A stretch of DNA of 64,000 nt from a virus (IMGVR_UViG_3300048502_000142:27919-91918); one strand, 5' to 3'; shown: positions 46,690-56,295, counted from the first letter of the stretch. Notes: generated from the sequence alone by a model not told the origin. Numbers and translations are program-made.

Positions 46690-47061
46690 TTACGAATGAC
46701 CCCAATAATGTAACAAAACAATCGAGCCTAAAGCAACAAGGGCACCGAATAGCCATTGAATCAACGATAGATTTCTCGCGGATGCCAATCGGCCACCTTG
46801 ATTGGCAAATCGTTCTTTCTGCAATTCGTCGATCGAGCGCTCTATCGCTCCCAATCGTAAATCAAGCTCCAGCCTCGGCACGGTAGCAGAGGCATTCGCC
46901 TGAATCATGTTCAAGAGGCCGTTATGCGCCTCGAATTTTTCGGCCTGCGCCACTCCTGCCGTTTTCACTGCCATCTCGCTCGCGGCGAACCGCTGCTCGT
47001 ACCTCTTGTCCCGCTCGTCGATCAGCTCGCGGATAGCGCGGAACTGGATCTTGACGCCCAC
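46690..47061 (-). CDS. Coiled-coil membrane protein (start uncertain)
   Basis: IDERDKRYEQRFAASEMAV...C-terminal TM. Confidence 0.55.
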   Translation of the reverse strand: MGVKIQFRAIRELIDERDKRYEQRFAASEMAVKTAGVAQAEKFEAHNGLLNMIQANASATVPRLELDLRLGAIERSIDELQKERFANQGGRLASARNLSLIQWLFGALVALGSIVLLHYWGHS

Positions 47062-47231
47062 GGTATTAGCGACCGCCGCCGATATCGCCGACCTTGGCTT
47101 CGAGAAAGTCATAGGTGATGGCCGCCACCGCAACAGTTACCATCGCCGTCGCGATATGACCGATATTGAGCGACCAGAATCCCGGACCAGTGGTGTTCAT
47201 CTCGGCCATAAGTCGGGACCCCTGCGCAGGA

Positions 47232-47498
47232 CTACTTCTTCGACTGTGCCGGAGGTTGCGATGCGGCCTGCTGCGCCTGAAGCTGCTTCAAGATCTCCTG
47301 CGATGCCGCGCGCACGTCGGATGCCTTTTGGTCCGACCCCGCCATGGCGTTCAGGATAAATTGCCAGTAGGCAACGGGAAGTTTGACGGCGAATTCCGTA
47401 GGCGGTTGGGGAGCGACCGGCTCAGATGGGGTCGCGGGAAGCGGGGCGGCTGCGCAGGCACCGAGGGCGATAGGCATCAGCAGGAAGAGGCGCTTCAT
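47232..47498 (-). CDS. Small lipoprotein
   Basis: MKRLFLLMPIALGA-C lipobox; AAGGAG SD. Confidence 0.7.
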   Translation of the reverse strand: MKRLFLLMPIALGACAAAPLPATPSEPVAPQPPTEFAVKLPVAYWQFILNAMAGSDQKASDVRAASQEILKQLQAQQAASQPPAQSKK

Positions 47499-47558
47499 AG
47501 TTTTCTCCTTGAGATTGAGATTAAGATAGAAAAGACATCGAGTTCCGGGGTAGCCGCC

Positions 47559-47984
47559 TTAGTTCACCGTCCCGCCCGTCAGATCGCTGTTTGGCACCGG
47601 CTTCATCGAGGAGGTCTGGTGCCCGGTCGCGTCGAGGATCGGATTTCCGTTGGAATCGACATCGGGGAGCAATTGCAGCGTCGTCCCGACCAGCCAAGTG
47701 TCGATGAGTGGCACGGTCGGCGCAGCACCGACCGCAGAGAGAGGGGCTACTACGGATTCGCAAGACACGAAGGCCGCCGGGACGGCCGCTGCCGCCTGCG
47801 TGACGTAATGGCAGACCGAGATCGTCACGACGTTGTTGATCAGGTCGACCGTGTAGACCGTCGGCTGATGCCACGTCGTCGCGATGCCGTTCGGCAGCGT
47901 CAGCGACATGGAGATGCCAGAGGCTAGCGCCGGTAGGGGCGCCAGCGCGAGCAACAGGGCGGTCAGGATGCTGCGGATCTTCAT
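47559..47984 (-). CDS. Secreted hypothetical protein
   Basis: MKIRSILTALLLALAPLPALA signal peptide; GAGGAG SD; two Cys. Confidence 0.75.
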   Translation of the reverse strand: MKIRSILTALLLALAPLPALASGISMSLTLPNGIATTWHQPTVYTVDLINNVVTISVCHYVTQAAAAVPAAFVSCESVVAPLSAVGAAPTVPLIDTWLVGTTLQLLPDVDSNGNPILDATGHQTSSMKPVPNSDLTGGTVN

Positions 47985-47999
47985 TTTCCACTCCTCGGA

Positions 48000-49634
48000 T
48001 CAGGTGCCGCCGCCGGTATAGGTGGTCGAGGTCAGCGAGTTGCCGCGCACGGACGAGTAGGCGATCGCCTGTTTTACGTCCGCGTAGCACCAGTCGGCCG
48101 CATAGGTCTGGTCCGTGAACCCGACGCACGTCCGCACCGTGTTGAGCGCGTTGCCCACCAGCGTCGGATTGGTGGTCGTGACCGTCGTCGAGCCCAGGCT
48201 GTAGGTGATCGAGCCGCCCGTGGTGCCGGAATAGATGTAGGCCGCGGCGCCGCTAGGCGCGCTCGGCGAGTAGAGCCAGTCGCGCTGTTCGGAGTCGGTA
48301 ATGCTGTTGCTGACGATCCCGTCCGATGCCGTGCCGGAGAAGAGCGGGTCGGCGAAGCCGTAGGGCGCGACTCCAGCGGCGCAGTTGGTCAGGGCACCCG
48401 TTGCCGGCACGGCGATGTTCATCGAGAAATGCACGTCGTTTGACGACGCGCTGTGCAGCTCCGCACAACTGCCGTTGGCGTAATACGGGTTCTGGAGATT
48501 GTGCCAACAGACATTGTTGCGGATCGACGCGTGGGCACCGTACTGCGAATAGCCGAAGCCCGCGTAGTAGGGCGCGCCGGACATGTGGAAGACCTGGACG
48601 CACGCGCCATCGACCCCGGCGACGACATTACCCTCGAACACGATGTTGCCGGTATACGTCCGATATTGGTACGGCGTCCCGTTGACCGGCAGGTGTCCTT
48701 CCTGGCAGCCGCACAGATTGTCGATGATCAGGCCATTGCCGTCGCTATCGGACGTGCTGCTGCCGTCGCATCCGTGCGCCGTGCCGGTATTGCCGTAGAT
48801 CAGGTTGTGGTAGATCCAGATCGGGTGCTGGAAATCGCCCGTGTAGTACCCGTGGTACGAACTGTGATTGTCGTAATCCATCAGCCCGAAGGCGTCGATG
48901 TTCGACGGGCAGGTGCTGGAGTTTCCGGCGGCGGCGTTGAAGACGACGTTATCGTGCCACTGCTGGTAGTCGGCGCTGTACTGGTAGGTCGGCTGGGTGC
49001 CGGTCGGCGTGCCGGTGGGAACGGTGCCGGAGACCGCCGGCACAGTGCCGGTCGGGCACGTGCTGCGCACCGTCGCGATGCCGCCGAGGATCGCCGGCCC
49101 GATGATGTTGTTGGTGATCTCGTCGTCGATCGGGGCGGGGCTCGGCGACGACGGGCAGGACGGCGAGGATGGAAACGCCTGTATTAGGATCGCCGGCCCG
49201 TTGGTGTTGCTGACGTTGAGGCACTTGATCGTCCAGTGCGACTGCGTGAGCTGGAGCGCGCCGTAGGATGCGCTCGTGCCGGTGATGATGCCCTGAAGGC
49301 AAACGTCGGCGGTGAGCGTCGCACGACCGCTGGTGTAGTTGACGGCCGGCAGGTTGAAATAGCCGGTCCCCTCGTTGTAGGCGCCGCCGGCCGTGTAGAT
49401 CATGATCGTATCGACGGACTGCACCGTGTGGCTAGTGCCGGACCCGGCTGCCGTGCACCAAGGGGTCGCGCTGGATTGCGCCTGCGTGTAGGTGTAGCTG
49501 TCGCTGCACGTCGGGCCGCTCAGGCCGGCGGAGATCCAATAGGTAGCCGCGAGCGCGACCGATATGGATTTCAGGAGCGCGCCGACGCCGATTGATAGCG
49601 CCAGCGCCCAGCGGATCATCGGATGACGCACCAT
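48000..49634 (-). CDS. Secreted right-handed beta-helix (pectin-lyase-like) protein
   Basis: Signal peptide ending VALA/ATYWIS; Asn-ladder repeats ITNNII, WHDNVV, IYHNLI, FEGNVV, IRNNVC; DGNGLIID; many Cys. Confidence 0.78.
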   Translation of the reverse strand: MVRHPMIRWALALSIGVGALLKSISVALAATYWISAGLSGPTCSDSYTYTQAQSSATPWCTAAGSGTSHTVQSVDTIMIYTAGGAYNEGTGYFNLPAVNYTSGRATLTADVCLQGIITGTSASYGALQLTQSHWTIKCLNVSNTNGPAILIQAFPSSPSCPSSPSPAPIDDEITNNIIGPAILGGIATVRSTCPTGTVPAVSGTVPTGTPTGTQPTYQYSADYQQWHDNVVFNAAAGNSSTCPSNIDAFGLMDYDNHSSYHGYYTGDFQHPIWIYHNLIYGNTGTAHGCDGSSTSDSDGNGLIIDNLCGCQEGHLPVNGTPYQYRTYTGNIVFEGNVVAGVDGACVQVFHMSGAPYYAGFGYSQYGAHASIRNNVCWHNLQNPYYANGSCAELHSASSNDVHFSMNIAVPATGALTNCAAGVAPYGFADPLFSGTASDGIVSNSITDSEQRDWLYSPSAPSGAAAYIYSGTTGGSITYSLGSTTVTTTNPTLVGNALNTVRTCVGFTDQTYAADWCYADVKQAIAYSSVRGNSLTSTTYTGGGT

Positions 49635-49636
49635 GG

Positions 49637-52579
49637 TCAGAGTGCCATGCAGTTCACGGCAACGAGATCGCTTGCCGTAAATGCCGTCGCGACGGAGATA
49701 TCGCTATAGTTCGTTATAACTACGCTGGTCGTGGTCTGCGATCCGCTCGGGGCCTGTCGCTGCACGGCAATCGACGTGGACTGCGTCGTAAGATCGTTAG
49801 CCATGCAGTTCCAGCCATTCGATGCCGCCGGCATCGTAATCGTGCATGCGCTGCCTGGGGACGTGCCGACGTTGATGCGGAATGCCGCAGTACCATTGTT
49901 GGAGTTCATGGCGGCACCCGAACCTCCGCACCCGGCTGATGCGATGGACGGCTGGGTGGACGACTCCAGCAAGTTGGTAACAAAGAGTTGCCCGGGGATC
50001 TGAACGTTGGTCGTGCCGCTCAGGACTTCGAGTGCGGCAGCGCCGGAGTGGTTCTCGAGGGTTACGTCCGCGGTCGAGGCGTAACCTTGAAGGATCGAGC
50101 CGAGCGTCGCGCTGAGGTACAGCGCGCCGTTGCCGCCACTGACGAGCGTCGGGGCTCCGGCGATGCCCGTCACCGACATCAGGCCGGCGGACTGCGTGCC
50201 GTAGCCGGTGCCTTTGGTCTGGAATACGATGTTGGCGCTGACGTAGGTGCCGGTGATGACGAGCGGCGTCACATTGCCAATCGTCACGTTGTTCATCGAG
50301 CCGGCCGTCGCCGGGTTAATCGTCACGATGCCCGTGCCGGTCGGCGAAAGCACGTCGTTGACGTTCGCGCCGCTGGCCGTGAAGCCGCCGTTCGCGGCCA
50401 GGGAGCCGGTCAGAACGTTCTGGGCGGTGCTGGTCTCCCAATAGCCATAGTTCGTCGAGGACGCGCCGCCGTTGCCGTCAATCACAAGCCCAGCGTCAAC
50501 CGTGGTGGCAGAATTGCCGGTTCCGAGAGTTAAATATGCCCCGTAGTTGTGGACGATGCCGCCGGTTCCCGCGGCACCTGTCGCACCCGCATCGCGGAAG
50601 GCGTAAGCGTTTGCCTGTCCCGTCGTAATAGTATTACCCCAGGAGCGCGCGTCCGAAAGGAACCCGATGAGGTTCCCTGACTGCGCCGCAGACCCACTAT
50701 CGGTAAGGTTCTGCGCCTCGTAATAGGTGAGCGCCGGATGCGTGCCGGTGTAGGTGCTGTCGATGTTTAGCTGCGTCAGGGTGCCTTCAAAATTGACCTG
50801 CGCGTTTGTCGCGTTGCCAAGATGAGGCGACAACAGAACGGCGTAGCTCGACGTAACGACGGTCGGCGCCTGTATCGCGGTAATCGCGAGCGAGCGGCTA
50901 GCACCGGAGGAGGCGGTTGCGGCGTTCGTGCCATTGATTAGAAACTGATCAAGATTATCGTTCGTATTGCCGCTAGTAACCTGGAGTCCTGCCCCAAATG
51001 ACGTAAGCCCGGATGCCGCCGTACTCCACGCTGCGGTGCCATTCGCGCAATATCCGATAGAGTTGGTCGCGAGCTTGTATAGGCCAGTAGCACTATCACC
51101 AAAGGTCAATGCGGGGCCGGGGCATGCTCCAGCTTCATTTACGAGTTGCCCTGTCAGCGTGCAATTCGATCCGCCGATCAGCGCGCAGTAGGCCGATGCC
51201 GCCTGCCCGGCCATCGTGCCGAACAACGTCCCGCCGCCGTAGCTGTTGACCGTCGTGACGCCGGACGCGTTGTTCGTCACGTCGCCCGTGAACGTCGTCG
51301 CCGTAACGGTCGAACCGGACGACGCATACATCGGAATCTGGCCGGCCGTGCCGGACGGGATCGTCCCGCCGCCGCACGCGCCCCACGACGGGTTAGCGCC
51401 GGTGCCTCCGGTCTGGAGACAGTTGCCGGACGTGCTAGGCACCAGCACGGCCCAATTGGAAGCACCGCGATAGAGGATGTCGCCCTGCGCCAGACCGATC
51501 GTGTCGAGCAGCGACGTGAGCGTCGTCGCGGCCGGCGCCGCGCTCGATCCCGTCGAGTTGCCTAGCAGCGAGCCCGATGCGATAGACGGAAACGTCGGCA
51601 GCGTCGAGTAGGTCCATGTGCCCGAGGCCGTCGGCGACCCCGAGAGGGTGCCAGACAGCGCCGCCCCGTTGATGGTCGGCGTGGTCAACGTCTTGTTCGT
51701 CAGCGTGTCGGTCGTGGCGCGACCAACGAGCGTATCCGTCGCGGCGGGCAGCGTCAGCGTTCCTGACGCCGTCGCCGCAGCATTCAGCGTGGTCGAGCCC
51801 GAGGTCGAGCCCGCGAGCGCGAGATCGCCGCTGTTGTGCGTCTGGACTCCGGACCACGTGTTCGCCGCGTTCAGTAGCGGGATCGTGGCGCCGCTCGTGC
51901 CGGTGTTTTGCGTGGCGGCCGTGCCGAGCCCGAGGTTCGTGCGCGCGGTCGAGGCACTCGCCAAATCGGACAGGTTGTTCGATTGAGCCAATGCCCCGAT
52001 ATTGTTAGCCGCCGTCGCCCCGGCAGCAGTTGCACCCGTGCCGCCGTTGGCAACCGACACCGGCGAGGCGAGCGCGAGCGTGACGACACCCGGACCCGAG
52101 CCGCCGCCGGTCAGGCCGTTGCCGGCAACGACCGACGTGACGGCGCTGCCGCCGCCAGGGATCGCCAGGATCGGGACGAGCACCTGCTGTGACGTCCCGA
52201 GGGCGAACGTCTCCGTTCCGGACGAGTACGCCGAGATGTTAACGCGACAGGAGATGAAGTTTCCGACGTTGGCCGCGTAGAACCCGTCGCCGGTCGCCGA
52301 CGTAACGGGGGTCGAGGCCGGTGCAGCCGGCGAGGACATCGCCACCGTCTGCCAGACGTTGTTCTGGTCGAGGCACTGGAGGCCCCACGTCAGGGACGCC
52401 GCGCCCGTCGCCGCGACGGACATCGTCGCCGGGGGCTGCTGGTACGGGAAGTTCCAGGTAATCGTCCCGGTCGCGGTGATCGGGACGGGCTGACCCTGCC
52501 ACGTGACGGCCGCCGCCTCCGCCGCCGAGCCGAGAGCCAGCGACAGGATGAGGGCGGCGACGGTTCGGAAGATGTTCAT
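49637..52579 (-). CDS. Tail-fibre-like protein (980 aa) with N-terminal signal peptide
   Basis: MNIFRTVAALILSLALGSAAEA; fibre motifs VANGGTGA, NNLSDLASASTARTNLGLG, TDTLTNKTLT, GDILYRGASNW. Confidence 0.8.
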   Translation of the reverse strand: MNIFRTVAALILSLALGSAAEAAAVTWQGQPVPITATGTITWNFPYQQPPATMSVAATGAASLTWGLQCLDQNNVWQTVAMSSPAAPASTPVTSATGDGFYAANVGNFISCRVNISAYSSGTETFALGTSQQVLVPILAIPGGGSAVTSVVAGNGLTGGGSGPGVVTLALASPVSVANGGTGATAAGATAANNIGALAQSNNLSDLASASTARTNLGLGTAATQNTGTSGATIPLLNAANTWSGVQTHNSGDLALAGSTSGSTTLNAAATASGTLTLPAATDTLVGRATTDTLTNKTLTTPTINGAALSGTLSGSPTASGTWTYSTLPTFPSIASGSLLGNSTGSSAAPAATTLTSLLDTIGLAQGDILYRGASNWAVLVPSTSGNCLQTGGTGANPSWGACGGGTIPSGTAGQIPMYASSGSTVTATTFTGDVTNNASGVTTVNSYGGGTLFGTMAGQAASAYCALIGGSNCTLTGQLVNEAGACPGPALTFGDSATGLYKLATNSIGYCANGTAAWSTAASGLTSFGAGLQVTSGNTNDNLDQFLINGTNAATASSGASRSLAITAIQAPTVVTSSYAVLLSPHLGNATNAQVNFEGTLTQLNIDSTYTGTHPALTYYEAQNLTDSGSAAQSGNLIGFLSDARSWGNTITTGQANAYAFRDAGATGAAGTGGIVHNYGAYLTLGTGNSATTVDAGLVIDGNGGASSTNYGYWETSTAQNVLTGSLAANGGFTASGANVNDVLSPTGTGIVTINPATAGSMNNVTIGNVTPLVITGTYVSANIVFQTKGTGYGTQSAGLMSVTGIAGAPTLVSGGNGALYLSATLGSILQGYASTADVTLENHSGAAALEVLSGTTNVQIPGQLFVTNLLESSTQPSIASAGCGGSGAAMNSNNGTAAFRINVGTSPGSACTITMPAASNGWNCMANDLTTQSTSIAVQRQAPSGSQTTTSVVITNYSDISVATAFTASDLVAVNCMAL

Positions 52580-52582
52580 GTG

Positions 52583-53125
52583 CTACCCCACCTGCCAGAA
52601 GAACGACGCGGGACTACCCGTCTTGACGAACGGACCGGTCGTCGAGAACGCGGCGACGATGCCGTTCGTGAACTGGAGGGGGCGCGCGAACTCCCGCTCG
52701 TAGCCGCCCTCCGTCCCGCTCGACGGGACGTAGACGGCGTAGGCGAGCGTCCCCGGGGCGACCGCGCCGTCGGACGGGACCGTCGCCGCGTCGATCAACA
52801 GCAGCCAGCCCGACGTCGCGCCGATCGCCACGGAGATCGACAGGAGGGCCGCGGCGGCGTTCGACAGGAGGTGCGCGTCCTCCGCCTGCGCCGAGGCGCC
52901 CCACGCGAACGCCGCGTCGAGCGTCGGCATGGGGTAGGACGGCCCGAGGATCTCCTCCGGGCTGCCGTCCGAGCCGCCGCCGACGTCGAGCAGGAACGCC
53001 TGCGTCTTCGCCCCCGAGTTCGCCGTCTTCTGGACGGTGCGGACGACGTCTCCGCCGGCCCCGGGATTTAGCTGGGTATTGTCACTGGGCAACGCCGTCT
53101 TCCTCGATTTAGAGATGTCCGACAA
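52583..53125 (-). CDS. Putative virion protein
   Basis: DNTQLNPGAGGD...PLQFTNGIVAAFSTTG. Confidence 0.65.
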   Translation of the reverse strand: MSDISKSRKTALPSDNTQLNPGAGGDVVRTVQKTANSGAKTQAFLLDVGGGSDGSPEEILGPSYPMPTLDAAFAWGASAQAEDAHLLSNAAAALLSISVAIGATSGWLLLIDAATVPSDGAVAPGTLAYAVYVPSSGTEGGYEREFARPLQFTNGIVAAFSTTGPFVKTGSPASFFWQVG

Positions 53126-53143
53126 CGCGTGTTGTCGCTCATT

Positions 53144-53356
53144 TCAGCCGTCGTAGTAGGTTTCGGAGGCAAGGACCGTCACGGGCGTCGCGAGGACCTG
53201 GTTATCGGAGAGGAAGGCCTTTGCCTGGCGGTCGTAGATCCACCAGTCGCCATCGAGATCGAAAGCCTCGGTCGAGGGATCGACCCGTGGGACGAAGCGA
53301 GCCGGTGGCGTATTGCACCACACGGTGTCGAGGCGAAGTTCGAGGGCGTCGGTCAC
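53144..53356 (-). CDS. Hypothetical protein
   Basis: 70 aa; GGAGG SD. Confidence 0.55.
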   Translation of the reverse strand: MTDALELRLDTVWCNTPPARFVPRVDPSTEAFDLDGDWWIYDRQAKAFLSDNQVLATPVTVLASETYYDG

Positions 53357-53369
53357 GTTCGATCCTCCC

Positions 53370-53612
53370 CTAGAAAGGGATGTCGTAGTCGAAGCGGCCG
53401 GTCACGGTATTGCGGTAGTTCCGGCCGCGGGAGCAACCGCAGGACTTCTGGTTGCCGACGATCAAGTTGAAGCCGCTGACGACCGTCTCGGCCCCGCACT
53501 CGCACCGACAACGCCAGTAGCGGTAGCGGGAGGCCGAGAGGTGGGAGAACGCGAGGACTGTGAGCCTGTAAAATACCCTGCCGACGAGGTCGATGTTGTA
53601 GGACAGGCTCAC
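53370..53612 (-). CDS. Truncated HNH/AP2-associated Cys-repeat protein
   Basis: DLVGRVFYRLTV...WRCRCECG...NL..G..KSCGC; no nuclease domain follows. Confidence 0.65.
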   Translation of the reverse strand: MSLSYNIDLVGRVFYRLTVLAFSHLSASRYRYWRCRCECGAETVVSGFNLIVGNQKSCGCSRGRNYRNTVTGRFDYDIPF

Positions 53613-54154
53613 TTCTTCGTGGACTCCCACCAGCCGGAGACGGTCCAGTCGACGGAGTTCAGCATATGTCCGGTGTCGATCAGCGGCCGATCGTGCTTCT
53701 TCTTGCTCTTCGACTTGCTGCTGTAACGCGCCATACGCCGAGCAACGGTCACGCCTGCAAGAGGCTGCCAAGGGCCGATCCGGATCGATCTCTGAAGCTG
53801 TCCCTTCATGACGGCTCCCAGGCGGTTAAGCGCCCTGACCGCGTCGTACTTGCCCTTCACGAGTTCGACGGCGAGCAGGGGCGCCCACCCGGAGGACTCC
53901 GCCTTGATCATATTCGTGAAGAACGGGCGTGGCGGGATGTTGCGCCGGGGGGCGCCGAAGTTCTGTATGGCCGCGATCATCGCGACGGGCTTGCCGTCCG
54001 GGTAGGTGGCGCCCGCGAGGAAGCCGACCTTGAGAGTGGACCCGTTGCGGAGCTTGTCCGACACGCCCTCCAGAAAGGCCTTGAGCTTCTGACCCCCCTG
54101 CACGCTGTTCGCGCTGTTGGTGGACGAAAGGGAGACGCCCCACCCGGATGCCAC
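53609..54154 (-). CDS. Neck/virion morphogenesis protein
   Basis: LKVGFLAGATYPDG.PVAMIAAIQNFGAP..NIPPRPFF...PLIDTGHMLNSV. Confidence 0.85.
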   Translation of the reverse strand: MASGWGVSLSSTNSANSVQGGQKLKAFLEGVSDKLRNGSTLKVGFLAGATYPDGKPVAMIAAIQNFGAPRRNIPPRPFFTNMIKAESSGWAPLLAVELVKGKYDAVRALNRLGAVMKGQLQRSIRIGPWQPLAGVTVARRMARYSSKSKSKKKHDRPLIDTGHMLNSVDWTVSGWWESTKK

Positions 54155-54156
54155 GG

Positions 54157-54585
54157 CTACCCTCCGATCAGAGACGCGAAGGTCGACTGCTCGACCTGGA
54201 AATAGACGTCGCCCGAGGCGACGGGGGCGTAGCCGGTCCCGACCCAGTCATAGATCCAGGGACCGGGCGCGCCGACGACAATGTCCAGCGAGTAGGCGCC
54301 GGGTCCGTCCCGGACGATCTGCCCGACGCCGGAGTTCCCCGGCGAGTAGGCGTACTCGGTCACGGCCCCGTCCGGGGACTGGACGTAGGCGAGCACGGCG
54401 GAGGGATCCACCGGCGTCGTTCCGCAGCTCTCAGAGAACGAGGCGGACAGGGACACCAACTGGCCGAGCTGGTACGACGCCGCGCAGGTGCCGTTGCGCA
54501 CGATCGAGCCCGACGAGTCCGCCACGGCGATCGAGGCCGCCACGGGCGTCGCATAAGACGTGTTGGAGTAGAGGGTGAGGAGCAT
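54157..54585 (-). CDS. Ig-like putative virion protein
   Basis: VDPS.V...V.SPDG...IVRDGPGAY...GPWIYDWVGTG. Confidence 0.6.
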   Translation of the reverse strand: MLLTLYSNTSYATPVAASIAVADSSGSIVRNGTCAASYQLGQLVSLSASFSESCGTTPVDPSAVLAYVQSPDGAVTEYAYSPGNSGVGQIVRDGPGAYSLDIVVGAPGPWIYDWVGTGYAPVASGDVYFQVEQSTFASLIGG

Positions 54586-54720
54586 CGAGAGGACGTCCGC
54601 GCGTAGGCGCCCGTGCGGCGTCGACCGCTCCGGCTAGGGGGATAGTAGCCGGACGCGCCCGGACCGCGTTGCACAGCCCGGAATCCGGCCTCTCCGTCGA
54701 TGTCGGAGGAAGGTCGACCC

Positions 54721-55104
54721 CTACAGGAAGGGGACCCACATGAACGAGACGACGAGCGTGCCGTTCAGCGCCGCGGAGGCATGGATGTTCTGGAGTAGGA
54801 CCGTGATCACGCCCGCGGCGGTTACGGCCGCCGTCGCGACGACCGGGGTGCCGGTGGTAGCTGACCCGTCGCGGACGGAGGCGAACACGATGTCGCCGAC
54901 GGACACGAGGCTGTCGTCGATCGTCAGCGTCGCGGTGCCGCCCGCCGCCGTCGTAAGCGACGTCGTCGTCACCCTGCCGACGGGGGCGTTGACGGTCGCG
55001 GTGCCGGCGCCGGAGCCCGTGGCGGTCGCGGAGCCGGCGGCGCCACCCTGGATCTGCTGGAGGCTCAGGTCGCCGATAGACGTGAAGATAGTCGGGTTGG
55101 GCAC
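54721..55104 (-). CDS. Putative head fibre/decoration protein
   Basis: GRVTTTSLTTAAG...NIHASAALNGTLVVSF; GGAGG SD. Confidence 0.65.
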   Translation of the reverse strand: MPNPTIFTSIGDLSLQQIQGGAAGSATATGSGAGTATVNAPVGRVTTTSLTTAAGGTATLTIDDSLVSVGDIVFASVRDGSATTGTPVVATAAVTAAGVITVLLQNIHASAALNGTLVVSFMWVPFL

Positions 55105-55122
55105 GCTATGTCCTCCGAGTGA

Positions 55123-55635
55123 CTAGAGACCGCCGAGTCCGCCTCCGAAGAAGCCTCCCCCGCGGACCGGCGGGTTGTAGCGGCGGCGCGGACCCGGCAG
55201 GTACCGCATGGTGCGGAAGGGTGCGAGCATTCGGTAAGCCGTCGCCCCGTACTGCGTCTGGTTCCACCAGGCCGAGGCGGCCCCGTCGCTCTCGAACTCG
55301 GTCGAGACGGAGACGGAGCCCTCGGTCGCGGAGGAGATGCGCCCGACCAGGCCGGCCGGGGCCTCCCCGCCGCTCGACGACGGCTGACCGTTCGACTGCA
55401 TCGAGAACAGCTTCGCGACGTGCGCCGTCGTCAGGTTGAGCAGGTTCCGCAGGAGGTGCGGATTGCGGACGGGTCCCGTCCCGTCGTTCTTAACGAACGA
55501 CGTCGCGATGCCGAAGTAGAGGTCGGCCTGCGGCTGACCCACGCCCGCGAACTCCGGGAACGTCATGATCCACGTGGCGTAGTCAAAAATATATGGGATC
55601 GTGGGCGGCAGGTTCGGGGGGAGCGGCGCGGGCAT
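55123..55635 (-). CDS. DUF4054 head-tail connector
   Basis: FPEF...LLNLTTAH...VGRISSATEGSVSVS...WWNQTQYG. Confidence 0.88.
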   Translation of the reverse strand: MPAPLPPNLPPTIPYIFDYATWIMTFPEFAGVGQPQADLYFGIATSFVKNDGTGPVRNPHLLRNLLNLTTAHVAKLFSMQSNGQPSSSGGEAPAGLVGRISSATEGSVSVSTEFESDGAASAWWNQTQYGATAYRMLAPFRTMRYLPGPRRRYNPPVRGGGFFGGGLGGL

Positions 55636-55707
55636 CGGCTGTCACCAGTCGGTTCTAGGGGCTAGGCCGGAGGCCGTCTGGAGGATCCCGCCGACGCCCA
55701 CCCCTGG

Positions 55708-56295
55708 TCAGGCGCCTTGGAGAGCGCCGACCTGCTCGTCCGACTCCATATCCTTCGGGTCGTACTTGCGGATCGTCCGGCCGGTGGGGACCCGGTAGTC
55801 CCCGGCCTGGGCCAGGCCCTGCAGCCCGGACCGGAACTCCGCGTACTCCCGCGAGCGGGCCACGGCGCGCGCCTCGGTCGCCTCGGCGAAGACGTGCTTG
55901 TTCAGGACGAGCGGGGACTGGGCATTGTCCTCGACCCACTTCCGCCAGAAGTCCTCCGGCACGTCGAGGGTCAGGGCGTAGCCGGTATCGGGCGCCTTGC
56001 CGCGGATCATGCGGTAGTCGTCGGGCAGGCGATCGCCGCGGCCGATCGCGGCGAGGCTGCTCTGGTTCACCGGCCCGCGCAGGGCATACTGGCCCGCCGC
56101 GAGGTTCAGCGTCGCCTGGATCTCCGTGACGGGGTGGCCGTCCCTGTAGAAGGAGACCTCCTCCTTGTCGTAGATCTGGAGGATCAGCCCCTGCGGCAGG
56201 TTGCACGCGACGACGACGGTCGCGGTGCCGGTGGCGCGGTTGCCACGCCTGAACGCGGCGCCGGTCTCGGGCTTGGTCGGATCGGTCTCGGACAT
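55708..56295 (-). CDS. Conserved head-region protein
   Basis: VVVACNLPQGL...GYALT.DVPEDFW.KW; start MSETDPT. Confidence 0.75.
   Translation of the reverse strand: MSETDPTKPETGAAFRRGNRATGTATVVVACNLPQGLILQIYDKEEVSFYRDGHPVTEIQATLNLAAGQYALRGPVNQSSLAAIGRGDRLPDDYRMIRGKAPDTGYALTLDVPEDFWRKWVEDNAQSPLVLNKHVFAEATEARAVARSREYAEFRSGLQGLAQAGDYRVPTGRTIRKYDPKDMESDEQVGALQGA

Noticed and set aside
53370-53612. Active HNH homing endonuclease
   Set aside because: Only the N-terminal Cys repeat is present; no HNH or AP2 domain follows.
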